Below are positions 30,401-39,375 of a stretch of DNA of 64,000 nucleotides, one piece after another (within the stretch, counting starts at the first letter, position 1; each line of letters starts with the position of its first letter). The DNA is taken from IMG/VR virus record IMGVR_UViG_3300010348_000599; one strand, 5' to 3'. This DNA is from a virus. A program made the translations under genes and the position numbers. The notes below the pieces were generated by a model. That model made no database searches and was not told the origin of the DNA. It saw nothing but the letters and a program-made list of their open reading frames with translations.

Positions 30401-31508
30401 TAAACTTTGGTATAAAAAATCTAATTGGTATAAACCTTACAATAATGTGTTTTTTGGTGAAAAATACTGTGTTTCAAATTATAATCAATCTTTTATAGAT
30501 GATGATGGTGTGTATCAATTCATTGACACGGATATCCATCCTTCCACATGGATGGATATAATTGATTCACAAGAGACCAATACAATTAATGGTGTACCTG
30601 TACACTCCATTCAAATAAGAACACGTGTGAACAATACTTCACCATGGTCAACGTGGACGACAGCTCAAATCCAACATCAACAGTTAACAACAACATCTCT
30701 CACTAATACTATTACATTATCAATTGGTAACGTGGGAGATGTTATTAATGTTTTTGTTAATGGACAGTTTCATGCGCTTGTATTCCATGAAACATTATTA
30801 CAGGTTAATATATCAAACAGTCTACCAACAAACGTCATAGATTTGTTTATCATTCCGTCTATTAAAGAAAATGATGAATTAATTGAATATAGACGTGGAT
30901 TTAACTATTATACTTATATTCAAAGTGGTAATGTAAGATATACTTATTGGATAAAAGAATATCGTGATTCAACATCCAAGAATGCCTATATTGTTAATAC
31001 AGAATTGAAGAATAAATTGACGAATATGTTTGGTATTATTAATAACAAAATTGTTATTTTCAACAAAGACACAAGATGGAAGTATCCACAACTGTTAGTT
31101 CATAACAATAAAATAACACATGACATTTGGTCACAGCATACAACCTCGTCAAACACATCTAAGATGTCGAGACGAGTTTGGGAACAAGTGATTAAATCAG
31201 CAAATAGTGCATATAGAGATTTACAACTATCTAGCAAAGATACAGTGTGGATAACATGGGCAGAATTGGTATCAAGTATTAATAATATACTAATAAACAA
31301 CGTTGATTTAATTAGTCCATACAACATAAATGAAATTTTGCTAACAATCAACACAACATATGAAAACGTTGATAAGTTGTATGATATGTTAACTAGTCAA
31401 TTGATAAACATAATTATAGCAGAAATAACAAAACGTCTCACTTTTGATGTGTCAGAATATATTATGTTCTCTTCATTGTGTGAAATTTCTTCGACGGAGA
31501 TAATTTAA
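24486..31508 (+). CDS. Very large (about 2340 aa) baseplate/virion structural protein
   Basis: Follows gp6; PINIDKFVNY..Y.W and PWKIQGY..KPSWW segments recall large jumbo-phage baseplate proteins; late TAAATA at 24457. Confidence 0.7.
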   Translation: MSKKIISLIPDTIKSPINRVLYDKVFQKYFDPKDQNISTINMDLDREKYEITPSVNIDSNISYYQPIITIDNKEYSFYDIISLLQYQNFNIGLDNTFHNNGMDVWASCKTNSLKLPINIDKFVNYTDYCWVGNTKPNYVVIRNDFIQQKEIEINNARVANNNALVAILQSEITNNINTLDPNGGFDNASYGFDEYNFDSQIVSTSTLSGTNWEFNNRWIHKDDLEIGAQYQIAKMPIIEYSNKIELVKWIKITHAWKYRISSVAEWQEVDFAPSSQEILSGQRELVDIFTYNYINNNDKRIYFLANSIPFLNGSQFVIDGSDIRWTVNGAIQTDVSGLKYIEVLEDNFRYFRFSDSKQLVILDNYDVINVDSTGANTTITVKGNLSSFISLSGSFTILNFFNEFAQIYNYDSYIINSGNTVITLNNASPRPTNDLNGRFTPTTFTSQGDEWIGFFNQWCYDGIKHSKVTNDVVEIQPIGIDINKNTLNEIVQVIELGTSVPNSDLLVKLTINNISVYDFEYGNYDGITFEPLTSIYGLINAIKLKNAITITVPLNIKITVGACTATDIPKENLQVRTDIETKTISNVSLLEYQTFNQKQTKFNIYPLFKQYTLSATPQLMDKGVHIIKHKQDKNGLYIPEINTTVANNNSDLLFDIDICQDSKHTMYKINNEYKHLWSNQTTTVVPILQVDSNGYAPSSIHYTSNTTQFPSIPDYLYGNINNNTFSVVSRNDLSKHFDTIAQLNNAPIRVLSDVNYHDNTISNLNIFDTIFPYVVNIITNNKKIDVVFEAHKQMRLSYLSIFLNELFQTFNGTNFLNKNDWYENIKNQILIYDSLKIYDNQLNHPLTPAMLTKSFATQPFVSSNYLMSHDGILIEYDMLKSLYINKMTLTSTYATTPPLSPSINQVYYDNDHFYIYNGVVWQQETIHSVVLDILSMLETELYNMCITIDSPILNAQINNAHFERTQTQLYLKYADSIQNKYPFSNRTEYDLSNAFTWNYLEIIDITNVTSPIVGLPTLTINHWGASYKEIYNNLFNTPYPNIEPWKIQGYKLKPSWWDTYYKDNTNTRLWNSLMWSNILSGIVPSSELLPDHITVSTGSIGSCQMYNFVPVNTTASVIGGVMSDGLLPPFRSVVDSLYNNVLINNVNLIDLSMSNNAEDVFGYGTLSEWRWKQQITHNYDVLLGMVKSDPRNLFKFRNVIEIDNVKFNNGLLITPSNIRDVDVNFIYELYKKYGNFYNKLLSPEEFTDLNTSMAIIPGTYVNRDVVAIDQINRDLVDVLRKQNQFNVIKPVTNFKISIQNIDASKRSDLLHNCSFSINSVTSSVNVVEIFPSIYSKLAFTTSNSATINTDVYNQLITGTKITVTWDGYTPEEFIEQTDFYVIKRGSNTISLCRSIKELDTTNYINLPINYPYDVYIGVITKQFGVLNRQIISKDFNIYASNFNESRTVTLPVIVNGIQELINFLHGYVLKLNNEGIFETHFTLQNTNEVYNRVENFQLALEILLATIYDDKTNRTLFFGNDYYCNIFKNTLFINTEKQLLSLAHDEQLRDLSLLYDMQNNNIPTSQIVAFRTNPIIVESAVNIGGALLSLTTSQDIIKLDNTVFTMHNKAYPSSISLTSGVLSTTAGFVDIDGTYEYNFEELTTNFKNINTTSKTNPQLKSLSQQQLGYQPISNNSLYGLSDDGGFKLWRESLHQKGSYENLVPFQTGFNQSVDTYQLINSYQYSFGEDFIFNITNIDLNNKTYMKQNSIFDFNNIPIDMNFDNNFMLLDSTTISSSSAVSNIDFNVSNHNEYCLDIHFAVDEPIVKFSIPRFTTTTMTYSITQNTDITGVELFINGSKTSFTYVKLSNSFDISCIINDQQTTDVVIILPTYIRKNHYTFIEPYKISFDLVDVLITSNTNCDLLAASISTPSVLMTETNLSSLKKFEYVDLANGVVPYVDYVSNTDPFLQLYNVVDNVEISNTSNRCTQMINKLWYKKSNWYKPYNNVFFGEKYCVSNYNQSFIDDDGVYQFIDTDIHPSTWMDIIDSQETNTINGVPVHSIQIRTRVNNTSPWSTWTTAQIQHQQLTTTSLTNTITLSIGNVGDVINVFVNGQFHALVFHETLLQVNISNSLPTNVIDLFIIPSIKENDELIEYRRGFNYYTYIQSGNVRYTYWIKEYRDSTSKNAYIVNTELKNKLTNMFGIINNKIVIFNKDTRWKYPQLLVHNNKITHDIWSQHTTSSNTSKMSRRVWEQVIKSANSAYRDLQLSSKDTVWITWAELVSSINNILINNVDLISPYNINEILLTINTTYENVDKLYDMLTSQLINIIIAEITKRLTFDVSEYIMFSSLCEISSTEII

Positions 31509-31945
31509 TGTTTGAATATTTAAAACAAAATCATATTCCTTTTAGAGTTAAAGTAAAATTAGAAGTTGAAAAAAAACAAACAGCACCTGAACTACAAACA
31601 ACGTATATTGGTGAAAAACTAACTATTACAGAAAATACTCATGTTTACTACCCACTAGTAACAGATGATAATATAGGCTTCAGTTCAACTTCTTTTGGTG
31701 ATCGAAACCCTTGGCCAACAGGGTTAGCCCCAACAAATGAAGAAACAGACGTCTCGTATAACACAAATGATGAAACGGTTAGTGGTGGTTATGGTTTTGA
31801 TTATTTGGGTCAACCAAATAACACAACATATCGCGGTCCTTCTCACCAAGAACCGTATGGTGATAGTATATCAACAACGGAAGTTAATGGTTTGATTATA
31901 GATTTATCAAACACAACTATAATTATTGACAACACAGGATTTTAA
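31508..31945 (+). CDS. Hypothetical, probably structural
   Basis: 145-aa ORF translationally coupled (TAATG) to the giant gene. Confidence 0.6.
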   Translation: MFEYLKQNHIPFRVKVKLEVEKKQTAPELQTTYIGEKLTITENTHVYYPLVTDDNIGFSSTSFGDRNPWPTGLAPTNEETDVSYNTNDETVSGGYGFDYLGQPNNTTYRGPSHQEPYGDSISTTEVNGLIIDLSNTTIIIDNTGF

Positions 31946-31948
31946 AAA

Positions 31949-33010
31949 ATGAATGATAAATTAAACATTAGATGTTCTACACAAATTACTATATATGAAG
32001 ACGGTATGCCTTTGCCACCTGTATGTAATGATATACACCCACAAAACTTTGCTGTTGCAATTGGTAGAGCTATGTGCAATATGTCAAATGGTAGTGTGTT
32101 TACAATGGCATTCGGTAATGGGGGTCATAATAATATTGGTGATAAATTACCACCACGAATATCATCTTGGAATGATACTTTATATAACGAAGTTTATAGT
32201 GAAATAATAGACGCAACATCTGGTAAAATTGGTAGCGGAAATGGTACTGTTCCTGAAAATGACATACAGTTTAGTCTATTTGATACGGGTCCCGGTGCAA
32301 AAATTGTAGAGCATAGTGATGGTGTAAGTATAATTTTTACATGTCATATTAATAACACTGAACCGACAGGTCAAATGGATTATGTTGTTAATACAGCTCT
32401 CCCAGTAAATAACTATTTTGCATTTGATGAAATAGCATTATTTACAGGTGGTCGCCAGCTACAATCAACATATGGATATCAGGATGTTGATATTGGAGAC
32501 GTAAATGGTGATACAAAACCTGGGTTAAATCCAAACACCCAATATAGTTTTAAAATAACAGTTAATAATCGTGACTATAATGTTATTTTTGCAACCCCAA
32601 ATACTAATGCAGATTTAACAATGAACGACATTGTTACAAAATTAAACAATGTTTTTGAAATTAGTGGAATACCCGTTAGTGCAATAGTAACTAATTTAAC
32701 AAACATCAATCCAACTAATACTTTTGGGTATTTACGGTTTCAAAGCAATACACCAGGAAACAATTCTTCAGTTTTTATTAGCCAATCTACATCAACAAAT
32801 GCTCCACAATATCTTATTTCTGCTTTGGCAGGAAACTTACAAGAACCTGTTGATGGTACGGATGCTGGTGTCAGAATGAGTCCCACAAATTCTTCACTAG
32901 AAGGACGACGTATGTTAACACATTTAATTTTAGACAATAAAATTCATAAAGCAAGTAATAAATCATATCTCATTGTTTATGAATTAAAAATGAAAGTAGA
33001 GAATGCATGA
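31949..33010 (+). CDS. Putative baseplate/tail structural protein
   Basis: NDIHPQN, MAFGNGG, FAFDEIAL, MLTHLI motifs; last gene of the structural operon. Confidence 0.6.
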   Translation: MNDKLNIRCSTQITIYEDGMPLPPVCNDIHPQNFAVAIGRAMCNMSNGSVFTMAFGNGGHNNIGDKLPPRISSWNDTLYNEVYSEIIDATSGKIGSGNGTVPENDIQFSLFDTGPGAKIVEHSDGVSIIFTCHINNTEPTGQMDYVVNTALPVNNYFAFDEIALFTGGRQLQSTYGYQDVDIGDVNGDTKPGLNPNTQYSFKITVNNRDYNVIFATPNTNADLTMNDIVTKLNNVFEISGIPVSAIVTNLTNINPTNTFGYLRFQSNTPGNNSSVFISQSTSTNAPQYLISALAGNLQEPVDGTDAGVRMSPTNSSLEGRRMLTHLILDNKIHKASNKSYLIVYELKMKVENA

Positions 33011-33028
33011 TTCTCTACTTTGATGTTG

Positions 33029-33415
33029 TTAAGCGGATGTTTGTACGGGAATTGTTGGAGTGGTGGCAATCATATTCGTATTACCAGCAATTACAGCACC
33101 TGTTGGTGTCATGAACTTAACTAGTTGTTGAAAATATTCTAATGCGTTAATACCATTATTTAACCGCACGTGTGCCATGATTTCATATAATGGGAGCATT
33201 TGGGCAGTACGATCAGTAATTAATCGAAACATACGTTGACGATCAATATTATCTAAACTTTCTACAGGAATAAACCAAACTGAGCCATTTGGATTATGTG
33301 CCACTACAACAACTTCTTGCATTAAGCCTTGACCTTTAATATCCGCCCAATAAACATGATTATAACGTGAAGACTGAAAACGTGCATTTTTTACTGTGGA
33401 ATTTTGTACTTGCAT
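33029..33415 (-). CDS. Hypothetical phage protein
   Basis: ATG with AAGG upstream and TAAATA at 33444-33449. Confidence 0.65.
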   Translation of the reverse strand: MQVQNSTVKNARFQSSRYNHVYWADIKGQGLMQEVVVVAHNPNGSVWFIPVESLDNIDRQRMFRLITDRTAQMLPLYEIMAHVRLNNGINALEYFQQLVKFMTPTGAVIAGNTNMIATTPTIPVQTSA

Positions 33416-33492
33416 AAATTTACCTTTGTTTTTATGTTGAAAATATTTAATAACCATTTTAAACTGGGTGAAACAAAAAACGGAGTTATTGT

Positions 33493-34026
33493 ATGTTTTT
33501 CACATCCGATCTACACTTTTTTCATCAAAATATATTAAAATGGAGTGCAACTAGACCATATACGGACATATATGACATGAATGCCACCATTATCAATACT
33601 ATCAATAATCGAGTTGAACCCAAGGATACGTTGTATATTTTGGGAGATGTTTCTTTTGGAAATATCAAAGAAACTGTTGATGTTATTCAACAAATCAACT
33701 GTAAGAATAAAATACTAATAATTGGTAACCACGATGAACATATGATTAATAAAGTTGAATTTCAACAACTATTTAAAAGCATGCATCATATATTACAAAT
33801 AAAACATAATCACAAAAAATATATTATGTGTCATTATCCAATTCTGTCATGGAACGCTATGCACCACGGCTCCACAATGCTACATGGACATTCACATGGA
33901 GCTACTGACAATAGTGGTGTAAATAGAATAGATGTGGGTTTAGATGTTTATCCTGATTTATTACATATTTCAGAGATTGAACAAATTATTAAACTAAAGG
34001 AACAAGAAAATGTTACACAGATGTAA
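33493..34026 (+). CDS. Calcineurin-like metallophosphoesterase
   Basis: SDLH, LGD, GNHD, HYP, HGHSH motifs. Confidence 0.9.
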   Translation: MFFTSDLHFFHQNILKWSATRPYTDIYDMNATIINTINNRVEPKDTLYILGDVSFGNIKETVDVIQQINCKNKILIIGNHDEHMINKVEFQQLFKSMHHILQIKHNHKKYIMCHYPILSWNAMHHGSTMLHGHSHGATDNSGVNRIDVGLDVYPDLLHISEIEQIIKLKEQENVTQM

Positions 34027-34555
34027 TGTGGTTGATAATATTGATCCATCGTTGATAGATGAACAATATATCGATGATTTGCCTATAGGTCTTACAATGG
34101 ATTATTTATTAGGTAGAGCGGTTGGAATGTTTCATCAACATATAATTGTCAATAATGAGGAAGATGATATTTTAATGGACATTACAGATGAGGTAACTTG
34201 CAAACCATCTGTAGCTTTAACAAATATTTTTGAAATGTTGTCAAACCATATTCATGAAATGTATGTTAATTATGAAGATGGTAGTGTATTTGATGTCAAA
34301 GATTGGATACCTAGTTGTGTGTTTCTTGAATCTTTAAGTTTAGATTATAGAATAACCTATCAAGTAATAGCAGATGATAATAATACGTGTACTGTAATAG
34401 CATCATTAAACAAGGATGATGTACGTAGAAATGTTATGAATAATAATGTCACTGCTACTTTTTTTAGAGCTGAAGGAAAAACCTACAGTGAAGCAATGTG
34501 TAAATGTTTATTAAAATATTTTTTTGATTTGGGAGTACGAATAGATGGTAATTAA
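34010..34555 (+). CDS. Hypothetical protein
   Basis: 181-aa ORF overlapping both neighbours; AAGGA Shine-Dalgarno. Confidence 0.65.
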   Translation: MLHRCNVVDNIDPSLIDEQYIDDLPIGLTMDYLLGRAVGMFHQHIIVNNEEDDILMDITDEVTCKPSVALTNIFEMLSNHIHEMYVNYEDGSVFDVKDWIPSCVFLESLSLDYRITYQVIADDNNTCTVIASLNKDDVRRNVMNNNVTATFFRAEGKTYSEAMCKCLLKYFFDLGVRIDGN

Positions 34556-34802
34556 TTTAACTGATGAGCAAAAAAAATTTATGTTTAATTTACTTTCTAA
34601 TGAAAAACAACGGTTAGACCTTATAGAAAATCATCTCAATACTGTTATTTCAGAAGTTTTGAATGTTGATGAGAGTATCGATGTTAGTGGTATTTTCAAT
34701 GTTATTGGACACATTGAACAAAAACAAGATCATGTGTCTAATTTGTTATTTCGATTATCAAGTGAATCAATGGAAAATATTGATTCACTCAATACCTTAT
34801 AA
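34545..34802 (+). CDS. Hypothetical protein
   Basis: 85-aa ORF; GGGAG Shine-Dalgarno. Confidence 0.6.
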   Translation: MVINLTDEQKKFMFNLLSNEKQRLDLIENHLNTVISEVLNVDESIDVSGIFNVIGHIEQKQDHVSNLLFRLSSESMENIDSLNTL

Positions 34803-36131
34803 TAAATTAATTGGATTTGAAGAATCAATTTGAAGAGTTGATTGTTGATCTTCTTGATTCTTTAATCCAACAACATCTTTAGCGTGTTGATATTTTTGAA
34901 TTTTAATATCAGAAATATCTAAAGGTTCAAAATAATAATCAAATTCATATAAAAGTGCATATATATTATTGATTATAATACCTTCATAACTATAATGCTC
35001 ACCATCCTTAAATTTTTGAATGAGGTATTGAACAAAATTTCTGGTGTTTTTAAATTGATTGTTGATAACCTCATCTGTAAACTTATAACACCTTATTAAC
35101 GTCCAATCAGGTTTATTTAAAAAAACATGATTCAACATGCTATGTGGACCTTCTGTTGAGATTGATATCTCATACATATTATGTACCGCACTTGATGTTT
35201 TTGCTACAAATAACACAGCCCCTGTGTATAATTGTTCTGATAATCTATATGAAATATTGCTTCCAAGAAATATTGGCCACGATTCCCAATAATTTTTATA
35301 ATATACATCAGGATATCTAGGTATATCCATTCTATATTTGGGATTTTTTATCCAGAATTGTCTCCATTCAGCTTCTGATTTAATATTTAAACTTTGAGCA
35401 AACTTTTTGGCTTCCGTGTATTCACATTTTTCTGTTGCAAGAATATCAACACCTTCATATTTGCCTAATACATCGGGCCAAGATGTCCATTGTTTGCGTT
35501 GAGCATAAAACTGTTCTGGGTGTAAAGGATATCCTTTTATACTCATCCCATTAGTTTTGTTCCAGTTTCTATATTGCTCTTCAGATTCAAATACCATTTT
35601 TCTTATATTTTCTCTAAATGTTTCAAATGGCAAATTAAAAGCATGGTTCTCATTAAACTTAACAGGTTGTGGAGTAGGCTGACCAATTTGTTGTTTTGTT
35701 TTATTGATTAGAGCGTTCTCTTTTGTGCCTAGAAAATCTTCCCAACCCTTCCAACATTGCCTGCTTTTTGTAGTATAGTAACGTTCTGGTTTACGAGGAA
35801 AACCTAGTGGCAATTCTATAGTTTTGATTAGTTTAGGCCATTGATCACAAGAAGTTAGTCCAAATTGTCTTGCTACTTTTTTAGCTTCCTCGTATGGCCA
35901 CTCCTCAATACTATCTTTAATTTGTTTATGTTTTGTAAATGCCTCACCTAAAAAATCTTCCCAACTAAAATTATCATCTTTATATATTTTTGCTGGATAA
36001 CTAGGTATTGGTCCATAAGTTTGTAATTCTTTATTACGACGCCATCTTATAAATTCATTTATAGATATAAAATTAAATTGTCTGACTATCGCTTTTGCTT
36101 CTTCATATGTTAAAAAAGGTTCATTACTCAT
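34797..36131 (-). CDS. Protein with four 'phage integrase repeat'-like units and an unknown C-terminal domain
   Basis: Repeated YEEAK...S..EW...P..P...Y....W..W.DFLG units. Confidence 0.7.
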   Translation of the reverse strand: MSNEPFLTYEEAKAIVRQFNFISINEFIRWRRNKELQTYGPIPSYPAKIYKDDNFSWEDFLGEAFTKHKQIKDSIEEWPYEEAKKVARQFGLTSCDQWPKLIKTIELPLGFPRKPERYYTTKSRQCWKGWEDFLGTKENALINKTKQQIGQPTPQPVKFNENHAFNLPFETFRENIRKMVFESEEQYRNWNKTNGMSIKGYPLHPEQFYAQRKQWTSWPDVLGKYEGVDILATEKCEYTEAKKFAQSLNIKSEAEWRQFWIKNPKYRMDIPRYPDVYYKNYWESWPIFLGSNISYRLSEQLYTGAVLFVAKTSSAVHNMYEISISTEGPHSMLNHVFLNKPDWTLIRCYKFTDEVINNQFKNTRNFVQYLIQKFKDGEHYSYEGIIINNIYALLYEFDYYFEPLDISDIKIQKYQHAKDVVGLKNQEDQQSTLQIDSSNPINLL

Positions 36132-36316
36132 GTTTGTGACGGAGGTTCTTTTTTGATATTTATTTTAATACAACTTACTCGTTCATTATTCTTTAACCTA
36201 GATATTAACTGCTTTGAATCTATCAAACTTTTGTTAATTATTGTTATTTCTTTTAACAGCTCATCATAGTTTGAAGTTTGTTTGTTTTGATTAATAATAT
36301 CCATCATCAATACCAA
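36128..36316 (-). CDS. Hypothetical protein
   Basis: About 60-aa ORF overlapping the next start (ATGA); TAAATA upstream. Confidence 0.45.
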   Translation of the reverse strand: MVLMMDIINQNKQTSNYDELLKEITIINKSLIDSKQLISRLKNNERVSCIKINIKKEPPSQT

Positions 36317-36375
36317 ATTTAAAAGTATTTATGATTTAACGTAACTTCATAAATACAATGAGATGATGTTTAATT

Positions 36376-37056
36376 ATGCGTTATATTGTATTATTACACG
36401 GTTTGGGTTCAAATAAAATATTAATGTTACCCATGTATCACTACTTATTAGAAACCCACTCAAATTTCAAAATTTTAAATTACCAATTTAATTCAATTTT
36501 TAAAAATATCAATGAAAATATTCAAGGCTTATTAGCTAAAATGAAACAAAATGTGAAACATGCATCTCAAATAATTTTTATCGGCCATTCTCTCGGTGGG
36601 TTGATTGCTAAACAATTAGCTGAATTTTACCATAGTGTTTGTGACGTCCATTGCATTACTCTTGGTACACCATATAAAGGCGCTTTTCTGGCAGATTTTT
36701 TTAGACATCACATTAGTGTGTTGGATAAAATTTCACCAATGTTGAATAATTTATCACGAAAGGGAAATTACATACATGAGAAAACAAATATACCTCATCA
36801 TATTATAATTGGTCAATGTAAACTTGATGTGAAAAATCCAATATCATGGATAACTAATTTAATATTATTGCCTTTCGACCATCACGATGGTGTTGTTGAA
36901 TTATTACCTCATGACTTTGATCATGTTAATGTTAAAACATTATATTTTGTTAATTGTGATCATGTAAATATGATTTTCAATAAACAGGTTAATTTGATTT
37001 TAACAAACATAGTTCACAAAATCGTTGACTTATCTATTAAACAAAATATATACTAA
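36376..37056 (+). CDS. Alpha/beta hydrolase (lipase/esterase)
   Basis: LHG oxyanion motif, GHSLGG nucleophile elbow, LGTP, DGVV, C-terminal His. Confidence 0.88.
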   Translation: MRYIVLLHGLGSNKILMLPMYHYLLETHSNFKILNYQFNSIFKNINENIQGLLAKMKQNVKHASQIIFIGHSLGGLIAKQLAEFYHSVCDVHCITLGTPYKGAFLADFFRHHISVLDKISPMLNNLSRKGNYIHEKTNIPHHIIIGQCKLDVKNPISWITNLILLPFDHHDGVVELLPHDFDHVNVKTLYFVNCDHVNMIFNKQVNLILTNIVHKIVDLSIKQNIY

Positions 37057-37075
37057 CAAAAAAGGTTATATTTTT

Positions 37076-37339
37076 ATGAAGTTAGTACGTACTGTTGGTA
37101 GTAAAGTTGTAATTAGAGCAGATTTAGAATATCGTGTGCTTAGTCAGACATTAAATATTACAGAAGAAAAACCCACATTTATTGGTACTGTGGAAATTGT
37201 CGGTCCTGATGTTAAACATATTAAAGTAGGTGATCGTGTTCATTATGGTAATGATCGTCAACCCATTAAAATAGATGGCAAAAAAGCAGATATTGTCATT
37301 ATTAATGAAGATGATATCTTTGTTGTAATAGAGGATTAA
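37076..37339 (+). CDS. groES: Co-chaperonin GroES-like
   Basis: GTVEIVGPDV..IKVGDRV...IINEDDI.V. Confidence 0.82.
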   Translation: MKLVRTVGSKVVIRADLEYRVLSQTLNITEEKPTFIGTVEIVGPDVKHIKVGDRVHYGNDRQPIKIDGKKADIVIINEDDIFVVIED

Positions 37340-37346
37340 ACAAAAC

Positions 37347-37682
37347 ATGACATGGTTGTTGATTGTAAAATATTATAAACAGTTGATTTTAATTGGTTTT
37401 ATCACAGTGTTAGGATTTTTATGGCTACACGTAAAATCTTTAGAGTTAACAATTAAAGAACAATCAATAACCATTTCTCAACTCAATTATGAAAAAAATA
37501 AACTTTTAATTTCATATAATAATCAAAAACGTGATTTTGAACAAGTGGAACAAAAATTAAAACAATCTCAGCAACACGTTAAAACTAAAATTATTAAAAT
37601 TGAAGAAACAAAAGTGTCACCAATTTGTGACGAAAGTATTAAATACCTAAAACAAGAATCAAGCAACATACAATGGGAATAA
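37347..37682 (+). CDS. Putative inner-membrane spanin (Rz-like)
   Basis: N-terminal transmembrane helix followed by coiled coil and a C-terminal Cys; overlaps a lipoprotein gene. Confidence 0.65.
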   Translation: MTWLLIVKYYKQLILIGFITVLGFLWLHVKSLELTIKEQSITISQLNYEKNKLLISYNNQKRDFEQVEQKLKQSQQHVKTKIIKIEETKVSPICDESIKYLKQESSNIQWE

Positions 37683-37930
37683 ATATACGTTTATTGTTAT
37701 TATGTATAAATGCTATATGGATGTATGGATGCACTGGAATGCAGTGCAAAATACAAAAACCTGTTCCTCCACCTGTTGTAGAGCGACCCATATTAGCCAC
37801 ATCAAAAATAACTGAAAACTCAACTAATGATCATGTTGTAAAAATGTATAGGATAACTATTGAACAACTTATTTCATATTCAAAACAATTAGAAATGATT
37901 CTTGATACATATAAGGAACAATCTAAATGA
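37673..37930 (+). CDS. Putative outer-membrane spanin (Rz1-like lipoprotein)
   Basis: Hydrophobic signal ending in MYGC (lipobox-like), then Pro-rich KPVPPPVVERP. Confidence 0.65.
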   Translation: MGINIRLLLLCINAIWMYGCTGMQCKIQKPVPPPVVERPILATSKITENSTNDHVVKMYRITIEQLISYSKQLEMILDTYKEQSK

Positions 37931-38268
37931 AATTTTCTACTATTGTACAGTTAATTGAAGGCACTACAGCCAAAAACATTAAACGTTTGTCAGAATTACC
38001 TGCAGCAAGTGTGGAACATCTAAAACGCTTAATAACAAAAGCAGCATCATTAAAACGAGGCTCGAGAGATGAGGACATTCCCGACCACTGGACAAATGCT
38101 TTAGAACTGGTGCACTGGGCATATGACAAATCAAATATTGAACGTCCAGAACCTTATATGCGAAACGCATGGAAACAATACGAAGATGTAATGAGTCATG
38201 CTGTTAGAATGCTCGCTCGATTTAGAGGGTTAGATGGTAATTGGCGTCTTAGTCAAATTAATAAATAA
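37927..38268 (+). CDS. Hypothetical protein, possible capsid-internal protein
   Basis: 113 aa; N-terminus MKFSTIVQLIE resembles a T4 capsid-targeting leader. Confidence 0.6.
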   Translation: MKFSTIVQLIEGTTAKNIKRLSELPAASVEHLKRLITKAASLKRGSRDEDIPDHWTNALELVHWAYDKSNIERPEPYMRNAWKQYEDVMSHAVRMLARFRGLDGNWRLSQINK

Positions 38269-38325
38269 GTTTTAATATCAAACTTTCTCATTAAATACAT
38301 ATAAAATCTGACAAAGGAAACAAAA

Positions 38326-39294
38326 ATGGCTCAAAAATTAGCTGATATACTAAAACAAAAGTTTTTAAAAAAGGGTGATAACGGTAAAAATCCAAAAATC
38401 CAAAATAAAAATATTGTCAATAATTCAGGTAATAATAAAGAAATTATTACTCATACTTTATCAAAAGATGGATTAAAGATTAAAGATAAGGCATTACCAT
38501 CTACAGCAGCTAAAACTTCAAAAATAAATATTAAAAAAGTTTGTGAAGGTATTATCCAAAAACTGGAAGCTCGTAATCATTTATTAAACCTAACAGGTTC
38601 TGATGAACAACGTTCAAACGCTAAGCGAGTACTACATGAAGCTCATGGTATGATGAGTCGATTCGCAAGAGAGTATGAGGAACGACGTTTGAAATTTGCT
38701 CCACCTAATAACGTTACAAATCCAGAAAATAATGTTAATAATGATGATGAAGATCAAGAAGATCAAGATTATCAAGATCGATTTAAACAGTTTAACGATA
38801 AAGTTAATGGTATCACGGATAATGATTCATCAATAGATAATCCTGAAAATTATGATAATCCTGAAAATCAAGATGATGTTGAAAATCAAGATGATGTTGA
38901 AATGGAATTTGGCGCCACTGGTGCAGATGACATGAAAGACGTCACGTCTGAATTAACAATTGGTGATATTATTAATAATGTGATTGATGCTATTAAATCT
39001 AATCCTGATATATCTGTTGTTGATGCGTTCAAGCAAGCTTTAGACCAACAAGATTTATCTGATGATGATGTTGATTATTTTGATGATAAAGAGCCTGCTG
39101 ATGATGATGTTGATTATGAATCTGGACAAGATTATCAAACAAATTTGGAAAAAGATGATGATATTCCTGATGCTGGTAGCGTCGATGATGATAATGAACG
39201 TAACACCATCAAAAATAATCCACTGAATCAAAATCCAACTCAAGTTGCTCAACGTACTGATGGATCCTTAATGGGATTTCGTCGGTTGGGGTAA
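38326..39294 (+). CDS. Late protein with basic N-terminus and very acidic low-complexity C-terminus
   Basis: TAAATA at 38292, AAGGA Shine-Dalgarno, short D/N-rich internal repeats. Confidence 0.7.
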   Translation: MAQKLADILKQKFLKKGDNGKNPKIQNKNIVNNSGNNKEIITHTLSKDGLKIKDKALPSTAAKTSKINIKKVCEGIIQKLEARNHLLNLTGSDEQRSNAKRVLHEAHGMMSRFAREYEERRLKFAPPNNVTNPENNVNNDDEDQEDQDYQDRFKQFNDKVNGITDNDSSIDNPENYDNPENQDDVENQDDVEMEFGATGADDMKDVTSELTIGDIINNVIDAIKSNPDISVVDAFKQALDQQDLSDDDVDYFDDKEPADDDVDYESGQDYQTNLEKDDDIPDAGSVDDDNERNTIKNNPLNQNPTQVAQRTDGSLMGFRRLG

Positions 39295-39309
39295 ACAACA
39301 TTAAAAACC

Positions 39310-39335
39310 AAAACCACTCGTTGAGTGGTTTTTTT
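39310..39335 (+). terminator. Rho-independent terminator
   Basis: AAAACCACTC-GTT-GAGTGGTTTT followed by a T run. Confidence 0.8.
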
Positions 39336-39375
39336 ATTTATAATATAATTTTAAAAACTTAAAAGGAAAATATTT

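Noticed and set aside
34797..36131. Integrase / temperate lifestyle
   Set aside because: Only the repeat unit is present; no tyrosine or serine recombinase catalytic motifs recognised.
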